A stretch of DNA of 42,993 nt from Candidatus Pacearchaeota archaeon (lineage in GTDB: Archaea > Nanobdellota > Nanobdellia > Pacearchaeales > GW2011-AR1): the NCBI GenBank assembly GCA_016188895.1, contig JACPGZ010000046.1, positions 1 to 42,993 of the forward strand, given 5' to 3'. The position numbers and the translations under genes were made by a program. The notes beneath the pieces were generated by a model. It saw nothing but the letters and a program-made list of their open reading frames with translations. It had not been told where the DNA came from and made no database searches. Positions 19,707 through 27,264 of this stretch are shown piece by piece (within the stretch, counting starts at the first letter, position 1; each line of letters starts with the position of its first letter).

Positions 19707-22672
19707 GCTATGAAATCCCGCAACAGCTTGAATACAAGGAAAAAATCATCTTTGGCTTAACATTCAAGCAGTTAGCTTATTTATTTCTCTTTGCTCCTCA
19801 AGTGTTAATTATATTTTTTAAAACACCACTTCCTCTTTATTCAAAAATTGCTATTTCACTTCTTCCTTCATCTCTTGCAATAGGATTTATGTTTCTCAAT
19901 CTTGATTATCACATTGTAAGCTGGATGATTTGGCTGAAATTCAGAAAAACAAAAAATCCAAAGAAAATCGTTCAATTTATAGGTGTAAAGGAAATTAAGA
20001 ATAATTTGATTATTATGAATGATAAAAGAAAACTCGCTGTTCTTAAAGTTCAGCCTATTAATTTTTCAATTAAACCTCAAGGCTCTCAAGAATCTATTAC
20101 CTCTTTATTTCAAAAGCTCCTGAATGCAATTGACTTTCCTGTTCAGATTATTATGAATACAGAAACTCTTGATTTAGGAGATTATTTAGAAGCAATACAG
20201 AAAAAAATAGAATTGCAAGGTAATAAACTCTTTATTCATTTATTTAAGAAGTATAAGGAACACTTAGAATCTCTTATTTCCCAAAACAAAGTGATGAACA
20301 GGAACTTTTATATTATTATTCCGGAGAAAAGTGCAATAGATATTCAGATTAGCATTTGTGAGAGAAAATTAGATGCCCTTGACCTAAAAAGCTCTCGTTT
20401 GGATAATGAACAATTAAGAAAACTGATTGATAAATTCTTTGGCTTTCCAATGAACATTGAAAATAATCCTGCTTATATTAAAATTAATGAAACTTTTAAT
20501 AGAATTATTTTTGCTCATGGCTACCCAAGAAGCGTAGAAGTTGGATTTCTTGATAAAATAGTAAGCACATTAGGGAATTTTGATTTGTCGCTCCATATTG
20601 AGCCTTATCATATTGAAACCATGATGATTACTCTAAATAAGGAACTGCAAAAGCAAAGAGCAGATTTATATTCGGCACAAAAAAGAGAAATTATTAACCC
20701 AAGCTTAGAGATTAAATATGCAGATACGAAGAATGTTTTAGAAAATCTTCAGAAAGGCAAGGAAAAACTATTTAATGTAAGCCTTTATATTAATTGTAGG
20801 GCACAAAATCTTGAGGAGCTTAATCTCTTAACTAAGAGAATTGAGGCAGAGCTTAATTCTTTAATGATTATTCCTAAAATCCCCCAATTTCGCATGGCTC
20901 AAGGATTTCTTTCTTGCGCCCCTATTGCGAAAAACAGCCTTGCTATGAGGCGAAACATTACTACAGAGGCTTTATCAGCCTTCTTTCCTTTTACTTCTTC
21001 CTTTTTGCAGGCTGATGCAACAGGAGTATGGCTTGGATTAAACAAGAATAATATTCCCATTATCAAGGATATTTTCAAATTAAGCAATCCAAATGGATTA
21101 TGTCTTGCAAGTTCTGGCTCTGGAAAGAGCTACATGGCAAAATTGCTCATTTCTCGTTATCTACTTAATGGAGTTAAGGTTATGGTGATTGACCCCCAAG
21201 GAGAGTATAGAAATCTCGTAGAGCGATTTAATGGCCAAAGGATAGACTTAAGCAGAACTTCTGAAACCATGATTAATCCTTTAGATTTAATGGGACATGA
21301 ATATTCTGAAAAAAGGTTGGCACTAATGGATTTAATGCCCATTATGTTAGGAGAACTCACAGAACCTCAAAAAGCATTTCTTGACAAAGCATTGACAAAA
21401 GCTTATGAGAAGTATTGTATTAATGAAGCTCAAGAAACATGGAACAATCAGCCTCCAATTCTTGAAGATATTGTGCAAGTGTTAGAAGACATGGAAAAAA
21501 GAGCTATAACTCTTGAAAAAACAACAATTCATAGCCTCGTCAATAGATTAAGCATGTATACTGATGGGGTTTTTTCTTTCTTGAATAAGCATACTAAAAT
21601 AGATTTCAATAATAATTTTGTGTGCTTTGATATAGGAAGCATGCCTAAACAAGTAAAGCCCGTAGTTATGTTTCTTGTTCTTGATTATGTCTATATGAAG
21701 ATGAGAGAAGACATCCAGAGAAAACTCCTTGTCATAGATGAGGCATGGTCTCTTTTAGGAAGAACAGAAGATGCTTCTTATATTTTTGAAATAGTTAAGA
21801 CATGCAGAAAATTCAACCTCGCACTCTTCCTTATTAATCAAGAAGTAGAGGGTATGCTTTCATCAGAAGCAGGAAAATCCGTGCTTGCAAATACTTCCTA
21901 CACCTTACTTATGAGACAAAAACCAGCTGTCATGAAGAACGTGCAAGATACATTTTATTTGAGCAATGCAGAAAGAATTTCTCTTTTAACAGCAGAAGTG
22001 GGTGAGGGCATTTTATTGATGGATGATGAGCATTCTGAAATAAAGATTATTGCATCAGAAGAAGAGCATAAATTGATAACGACAAAGCCTGATGAAATTT
22101 TAGAGCAAAATTCCAAAAAACAAAAGCAAGAGAAACCGAAAAAGGTTTCGGAGCTTAAACCTTTAGGTGCGGAGAAACCTTTAGTTAAGATTAGCGTTGA
22201 TGAAAATAAAGGGTTTTACAAGCATAAAGATTTGAAACTTCCTGACATAAAGTATTTGATTAAGAAGAACTATAAACAAAGTCGCAATATCAATATTTCT
22301 GGCAGGAGCGAATTATATTTGCTTAAGCCGAGAAGAGGAGAATCTCTTGAACATTTTTTCTTAATTAAAGATATTGAGGCTTATCTGCAAAAACACGCAG
22401 ATAAAGTTGAGCTTTTTGAAACAACAAAGCCAGATATTATTTTTGAGATTAATGGAAAAAGATATGCAGTTGAAGTTGAAACAGGAAAAATCTTAACAAA
22501 AGATAAAAACAAACTGCAAAATAAGATTGAGAATTTGAAAAAAGAATATGATAATAATTGGTTTTTTGTTGTAACGAATTACAGATTTGCTTCTTCATAT
22601 AATCAATTAGGCAAGACATTCACAAGAAAAAACTTTTTGAAACAATTTCCAAAATGGCTCAAAAACACTTAA
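19703..22672 (+). CDS. VirB3(PrgI)-VirB4/TraC-like conjugation ATPase fused to a C-terminal PD-(D/E)xK nuclease-like domain
   Basis: 989 aa. N-terminal 2-TM PrgI-like segment (IIFGLTFKQLAYL). Walker A ASSGSGKSY (nt 21116-21130) and Walker B LLVIDEAWSL (nt ~21725-21748). C-terminal ~140 aa carries E...PDIIFE...AVEVETGK (nt ~22430-22489). Confidence 0.8.
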   Translation: MSYEIPQQLEYKEKIIFGLTFKQLAYLFLFAPQVLIIFFKTPLPLYSKIAISLLPSSLAIGFMFLNLDYHIVSWMIWLKFRKTKNPKKIVQFIGVKEIKNNLIIMNDKRKLAVLKVQPINFSIKPQGSQESITSLFQKLLNAIDFPVQIIMNTETLDLGDYLEAIQKKIELQGNKLFIHLFKKYKEHLESLISQNKVMNRNFYIIIPEKSAIDIQISICERKLDALDLKSSRLDNEQLRKLIDKFFGFPMNIENNPAYIKINETFNRIIFAHGYPRSVEVGFLDKIVSTLGNFDLSLHIEPYHIETMMITLNKELQKQRADLYSAQKREIINPSLEIKYADTKNVLENLQKGKEKLFNVSLYINCRAQNLEELNLLTKRIEAELNSLMIIPKIPQFRMAQGFLSCAPIAKNSLAMRRNITTEALSAFFPFTSSFLQADATGVWLGLNKNNIPIIKDIFKLSNPNGLCLASSGSGKSYMAKLLISRYLLNGVKVMVIDPQGEYRNLVERFNGQRIDLSRTSETMINPLDLMGHEYSEKRLALMDLMPIMLGELTEPQKAFLDKALTKAYEKYCINEAQETWNNQPPILEDIVQVLEDMEKRAITLEKTTIHSLVNRLSMYTDGVFSFLNKHTKIDFNNNFVCFDIGSMPKQVKPVVMFLVLDYVYMKMREDIQRKLLVIDEAWSLLGRTEDASYIFEIVKTCRKFNLALFLINQEVEGMLSSEAGKSVLANTSYTLLMRQKPAVMKNVQDTFYLSNAERISLLTAEVGEGILLMDDEHSEIKIIASEEEHKLITTKPDEILEQNSKKQKQEKPKKVSELKPLGAEKPLVKISVDENKGFYKHKDLKLPDIKYLIKKNYKQSRNINISGRSELYLLKPRRGESLEHFFLIKDIEAYLQKHADKVELFETTKPDIIFEINGKRYAVEVETGKILTKDKNKLQNKIENLKKEYDNNWFFVVTNYRFASSYNQLGKTFTRKNFLKQFPKWLKNT

Positions 22673-22819
22673 AATTTTGCATAGCTGAATTTGCCCTTTT
22701 AGGCTCTAAAAAGCCTGAATTTAGTAGTTTTAGACATTTTTTGCAGTCCACTAAAGGGATTTCGCGCTTTACCCACCCACTGCCGCCCATAACTTTCATG
22801 ATAATGGAGGTAAATCAAA

Positions 22820-23008
22820 ATGAAAAAACCACAACCAGTTGAAAAACAAGAAGCGGCAAAGCTGAGCAGTATCAAGATAGAGCAGTTAAGCAGACAGCCT
22901 ATCATTGAAAGCTCAATCAGTAAAAGTGAAGATGGCAAATGGGTTATCCATAAAACCATAATCACAGACATCAAGCCTGTCAGCTATTTTGAGAAAGTTC
23001 TTGCTTAA
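22820..23008 (+). CDS. Hypothetical small protein
   Basis: 62 aa; GGAGG 8 nt upstream of the ATG and a strong hairpin terminator downstream. Confidence 0.55.
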   Translation: MKKPQPVEKQEAAKLSSIKIEQLSRQPIIESSISKSEDGKWVIHKTIITDIKPVSYFEKVLA

Positions 23009-23016
23009 TTTCTTAA

Positions 23017-23048
23017 GGGCTCCCTGCGGGGAGCCCCCTTTGTTTTTT
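23017..23048 (+). terminator. GC hairpin plus T-run terminator
   Basis: GGGCTCCC-tgcg-GGGAGCCC followed by CCTTTGTTTTTT. Confidence 0.7.
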
Positions 23049-23072
23049 CGCTAATGAAATTATTTCTGGTTT

Positions 23073-24482
23073 TTATAAAATTGATAGCAAGTAATTAAGT
23101 TTCGGAAATTTATTTTTATTTTTCTTTAAATAAAATTTTAAATGATATCTTGTCTTGAAAAATCCCATTAAGAATAAGAAGATTGCAGTTAGAAGAGTAG
23201 TTAATTTAAGCCCATTGTATATAATTGAAAAAGAATTATCTTGATTAAAATTTATTCCTATTAAACTAAATAAGTCAATATGTCCTAAAAGCAACTGCCC
23301 TTCTACAAGATGAATATTAAATATAAAAAAGGTAATGGCTATAAGAATTAATATATTAAAAGAATATCTTATAGGATGATATCCATTTTTATAAAATTTT
23401 TTAATAATGCCAAGATTACCAGTTTGAATGACGGTTTTTCCGTATCTATATACTCCAAAAACCGGCAATACTAATATTTGAAATAATGAATAAAGAGGAA
23501 ATAAAGGCAAATAACGCTTATTCTTAATTTCCAGATTAGAAATTAAGTTTACAATAAAATAAAATAAAAATAGGAATGGTAGAATGAACCAATGTGTAAA
23601 TAATTCATACATTTTTAAAGGCAACATAAGGAAAATTATGATAGTAAAGTAAAATGCGTAAATTGGACTAAAAAAATTAGTATGAGCATTTATTACGCTG
23701 TGCCTAAAAGCTCCGCAGAACCAAGAGAATCTTTGTTTAATAAGTTTAGGAAAGGTTTGCGGAACATCTGTATAAAATGTAACAGGAAGATGGTCTATTT
23801 TTAATCCTTCTAAATTTGCTAATTTTCCTATTTCTATATCTCCACCATTAAAAAATAAAGAGTGTTTGCTCATAATTTTAATTAAATCCTCTCTTTTTCC
23901 TATCATAGCGGCGCCGCTTGTGAGCCAGGGATATATTCTTCTGGATTTCATAGCAGTATGATATTCTATATGCTGCAAGTTTTCAACGATAGTTCTTCTT
24001 TTAGATGGAATTACTCTTACAGAAGCTAAATCTAGTTGATATCTTTCCATTGATCCTGCAAGATAAGATAAATCAGTTCTACAAGTAGTGTCTGCATCTA
24101 GGAAAACAACATATTTAGACTTCAATTGTTCCATAGATTTACCAAGAACATAATCGTGTGCTAAAAGCGTTTTCTGATAAATTTTCCATGGATTCTTTGC
24201 TTCTTTTTTAAAATCGCATTTTATTACTTTAAACTTATTTTTGCGTGCGATTTCTTCTAATTCATTATAGAATTCGTCTGTTTCCATATTTGTCGTGCAT
24301 AGAATGACTTTTCCTTTGTATCTTTTAAGAAATTTAATATTCGTAAGATACTTCACATCATTAAAAATTGGGATGAGAATTACGAAATCGTCACTTTTCC
24401 AATTAGGACTTATCTTCTTTGTTTCTATGAAATTGCTATAAGCTGTTCTCAAATCAAACAAACTTAACCATGGGACCAACAT
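23073..24482 (-). CDS. Processive family-2 glycosyltransferase with C-terminal TM domain
   Basis: 469 aa; VILIPIFND..., FLDADT (DxD), QRFSW (QxxRW motif of processive beta-glycosyltransferases), several C-terminal TM helices. Confidence 0.75.
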   Translation of the reverse strand: MLVPWLSLFDLRTAYSNFIETKKISPNWKSDDFVILIPIFNDVKYLTNIKFLKRYKGKVILCTTNMETDEFYNELEEIARKNKFKVIKCDFKKEAKNPWKIYQKTLLAHDYVLGKSMEQLKSKYVVFLDADTTCRTDLSYLAGSMERYQLDLASVRVIPSKRRTIVENLQHIEYHTAMKSRRIYPWLTSGAAMIGKREDLIKIMSKHSLFFNGGDIEIGKLANLEGLKIDHLPVTFYTDVPQTFPKLIKQRFSWFCGAFRHSVINAHTNFFSPIYAFYFTIIIFLMLPLKMYELFTHWFILPFLFLFYFIVNLISNLEIKNKRYLPLFPLYSLFQILVLPVFGVYRYGKTVIQTGNLGIIKKFYKNGYHPIRYSFNILILIAITFFIFNIHLVEGQLLLGHIDLFSLIGINFNQDNSFSIIYNGLKLTTLLTAIFLFLMGFFKTRYHLKFYLKKNKNKFPKLNYLLSIL

Positions 24483-24618
24483 AAAAAATCATCTTTAAAT
24501 TGATATTTAAACTTTTCTATTTAATTATTACTTAAGAATGGTAAATAAAATATCTGGAATAAACCCGCCCAGAGCAAATCAGTTCAAAATATTTAAAGAA
24601 ATAAATCTGTTAAATTAG

Positions 24619-24891
24619 ATGAAAATAAAAAGTAAAGGATATAAAATCAAGTATTATGAAGACACTGATTTCTTAGAAATTATTTTTGATAAGTCAAGAA
24701 ACATTATTTACGATTATGAGGTTGGAGGAGATGAAAATGTGTTTATGAAAAGAGATAAAAGGAATGGTAAAATACTCGCTTTGGGTGTAGCTGCATTGAA
24801 AGAACATTTTCTAAATAAATCACCGAAACTAGAAAGATTTTTGAAAAATTTTGGTGTAGTATTGCCTCAGAAAATAAAGAATTTGTCTTAA
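24619..24891 (+). CDS. DUF2283-like small protein
   Basis: 90 aa; KIKYYEDTDFLEIIFD signature. Confidence 0.55.
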   Translation: MKIKSKGYKIKYYEDTDFLEIIFDKSRNIIYDYEVGGDENVFMKRDKRNGKILALGVAALKEHFLNKSPKLERFLKNFGVVLPQKIKNLS

Positions 24892-25264
24892 AACAAAGAA
24901 AAATAGGAAAAATCCATTAATCCTCGCCTTCAAAATCTCTCGCATCGCCCTACAAGAAGCTTCTTCTTTAAAATGCGTTTTGCTGATTCTATCCTTTTCT
25001 TAACTTAGCCAATTCTTATCTGGCTTATTTCAAAACTCATCCATTATAATTGTTGCCCACTGCTCAATCTTAAGCTCAGTCTCATAAACAGCTTTCACTT
25101 ATTTCTTGGCATTTTCTTTCGTTTTTTCCTTTATTTTTATTCCCCCCCTTTCTACGCTTTTCTCATTTTTTTATCTTTAGCCCTAAACTCCTTCATTTTA
25201 GATTTTTCCCCTTAAAGCACATAAGCTCTTCCTCGTCAGCTCGCAAATAACGATAATCACAAAA

Positions 25265-25450
25265 CAAGTTTTGCAAGGGGCAAGCCCTGATTATCCTAAT
25301 TTTCAGAGGGCTTCGGGCTTATCTGCTTTGTTCTTGCCTTCAGCAGGCTTTCGGGCAAGGACACGGGGTCGCTCCGAACTACACCTCGTCATTCTTCCAG
25401 AGGCAATTCTCGCTAAAAATGTAAAAATCGGTCGTTTCAAGCCGGGCATG
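25265..25450. other. GC-rich structured island (candidate ncRNA, oriT or att region)
   Basis: Markedly GC-richer than its surroundings. Local hairpins GGGC-aa-GCCC (25277-25286) and CTTGCC...GGCAAG (25333-25359). Overlapping ORFs on both strands look spurious. Lies within a ~600-bp non-coding gap (24892-25494). Confidence 0.35.
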
Positions 25451-25494
25451 ACAAAAAAATTTAACAAAAAGCTGAAAGGAGGCAGCATCTAAAA

Positions 25495-25776
25495 ATGGAA
25501 AACAACAACACTGAAAATGCCAAACAGATTGAAGTGATTCAAGCTGTTAGAAACTTCAAGCCTGAGCTTATCAGAGCCTGCTACGCAGTAGGCTTATGGA
25601 TTTGGGCGGAGTTTAGACAGAAATTAAGCCAAGAGGAATTATCATTCCTCAAAGAAATTGGCTTTCGATGGAATCGAAATCGAAAAGTCTGGCAAAACGC
25701 CTGCGGCATCAAAAAAAGAAGCTCTACAGGCGATCCTCGAATGAAGTATCAAATCGTTACTTTTGGCGAGGATTAA
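25495..25776 (+). CDS. Hypothetical protein
   Basis: 93 aa; GGAGG 8-12 nt upstream of the ATG and a hairpin terminator right after the stop. Confidence 0.6.
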   Translation: MENNNTENAKQIEVIQAVRNFKPELIRACYAVGLWIWAEFRQKLSQEELSFLKEIGFRWNRNRKVWQNACGIKKRSSTGDPRMKYQIVTFGED

Positions 25777-25778
25777 TT

Positions 25779-25804
25779 AAAGAGGGCGAAAGCCCTCTTT
25801 TTTT
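25779..25804 (+). terminator. GC hairpin plus T-run terminator
   Basis: AAAGAGGGC-gaaa-GCCCTCTTT followed by TTTT. Confidence 0.7.
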
Positions 25805-25940
25805 GATTTTTATTCAATCCATTTACTTTTCATTTCTTTTCTCAATTCTTTTACAATTTGATGCCCTGGCTTGCTGAATTTAACAGCTCCCCACAACTTC
25901 TTTAAGGGATTATTTTTCTTATTTTGATTATCTGGCTTTT

Positions 25941-26165
25941 TCATATGTGTGCATAAGGAAGTTTATTTTTTAATCTTTTTTGTTCTTGTTTGAAATGTTT
26001 CTTGCAAAGATAATTCCATCCATCTCTTTTATGTTTTCCGCTAAGTAGAGATGGGTAGACTTCTTTGTATGCTTTATTCTTACATGTTCCATGATAATCG
26101 CATACAGGAACTCTCTTTCCACGATGTTTTTTATACAAAGGTGTTAAACGTTTTAATTCTGCCAT
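25941..26165 (-). CDS. Small basic Cys/His-rich protein
   Basis: 74 aa; CDYHGTC...CKKH putative zinc site. Confidence 0.45.
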   Translation of the reverse strand: MAELKRLTPLYKKHRGKRVPVCDYHGTCKNKAYKEVYPSLLSGKHKRDGWNYLCKKHFKQEQKRLKNKLPYAHI

Positions 26166-26327
26166 AAAATAATCAAAATATAAGAGTATTTAAGTTTTTA
26201 TTGGACTAAGAGTAATCTTATCAGGGTGTTCTATAATATAAAATAACAGAGGTATATAAGCTTTAACCCAAAATACTCCGGGGTAAATCAGTTCAAAGTA
26301 TTTAAATAGAGCATTATTAGGGACATT

Positions 26328-27047
26328 ATGGAAAATCAAGATGAAATTAATAAGAAGGAAAAAGAAATATATGAAGGGTTTAGTGATGAGGAAAAACAAA
26401 ATTCTAAGAAAGTACTTGAAAGTTTAACAAAAGAAGAAAAACGGGTTCTTATGATAATGCAGTCTGGACTAAGTTTTGATGAAATAGCAGAAAAAAGCGG
26501 TTTTAATCCTGATAAGCTAGACTTAATTCTGGAAAGCTTAGAGAAAAAAAGGCTTATATTTGGTAAGGATACGAATGAATATAACAATCAGTTTGGTCGT
26601 GGCTTGACTTATAGTCTTGGCTTATTTATCTCATATGAGGGGAATTTTGAGAGATATTTAAGTGAAGCCTTAGTAATAGAAACAAATGATTTATTTGAGT
26701 GGCCATATGACCCAAGAAAAGCAGATCCTAAAACAAGAGCGACTGCAGAAAAAAAGATAAGAAAAGTAAAAAAGAAGATTGAGGGACCTACATCTGTACG
26801 CTGGTTTTCAGAATCAGAAATATACATTAGGAATATAGAAATACCAACCTCTTTACATAATGAGATTCAAGAAAGATTGAGAGAATTACGAACCAAATGT
26901 CACAACTGGGCATTTCCCAAAGATACAGAAAAGTTTCCTAAAAGTGAGAATGTTTATTGGGCACTTGAGGAAGCAAAAGAGCTTTTAAGGCTTATTGATG
27001 AGCATCATGGAATTAAGACCTTTAAAGCTAAAAATAACTTGAACTAA
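26328..27047 (+). CDS. Winged-HTH domain protein
   Basis: 239 aa; EEKRVLMIMQSGLSFDEIAEKSGFNPDKLDLILESLEKKRLIF resembles a MarR/TrmB-like wHTH. Confidence 0.5.
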   Translation: MENQDEINKKEKEIYEGFSDEEKQNSKKVLESLTKEEKRVLMIMQSGLSFDEIAEKSGFNPDKLDLILESLEKKRLIFGKDTNEYNNQFGRGLTYSLGLFISYEGNFERYLSEALVIETNDLFEWPYDPRKADPKTRATAEKKIRKVKKKIEGPTSVRWFSESEIYIRNIEIPTSLHNEIQERLRELRTKCHNWAFPKDTEKFPKSENVYWALEEAKELLRLIDEHHGIKTFKAKNNLN

Positions 27048-27097
27048 CTACTAAAGCATCATAGTTTAAATTTCCTTGCGGTTGTTTCTCCATATTT

Positions 27098-27264
27098 TAA
27101 GCAAAGAAGATTTACTAATTGATGTTACTAAAACAGATATAGAAAAACGCCTTATCAAGACAGAGAAAGAAAATACTCTTCTCAAAGAGAAGATGTTGGA
27201 CATGGAGCAACAAATGAAGAAGATTTTAGAGTTGGTTGATAAAGCAATTGGGAAGATTAGTTAA
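27098..27264 (+). pseudogene. Remnant of a second tyrosine-integrase gene (C-terminal tail only)
   Basis: Encodes SKEDLLIDVTKTDIEKRLIKTEKENTLLKEKMLDMEQQMKKILELV, homologous to the last ~55 aa of the integrase at 39723..40889 (SEEDLLIDVTKTEIEKRLLKTEKDKEILQEKIESMEKQMGKILELL). Roughly three-quarters nt identity by eye, opposite strand. Confidence 0.7.

Noticed and set aside
25271-25492. Overlapping 73-aa (+) and 61-aa (-) ORFs in the GC-rich island
   Set aside because: Mutually overlapping ORFs on both strands, rich in Arg/Pro/Gly/Ala, are what a GC-rich non-coding segment produces in an AT-rich genome. There is no RBS or promoter spacing like that of the real genes.
25470-25494. GAAAGGAGGCAGC resembling the SRP RNA helix-8 GGAAGGAAGCAGC motif
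   Set aside because: It sits 8-12 nt upstream of the ATG at 25495 and is better explained as a GGAGG ribosome-binding site. No other SRP RNA hallmarks were recognised nearby.
23017-25804. Bacterial-style hairpin plus T-run terminators as evidence that the mobile module is of bacterial origin
   Set aside because: There are only two instances, and archaeal termination also uses T-runs. The neighbouring genes use the same AT-rich codon style as the rest of the contig, so the evidence is insufficient.
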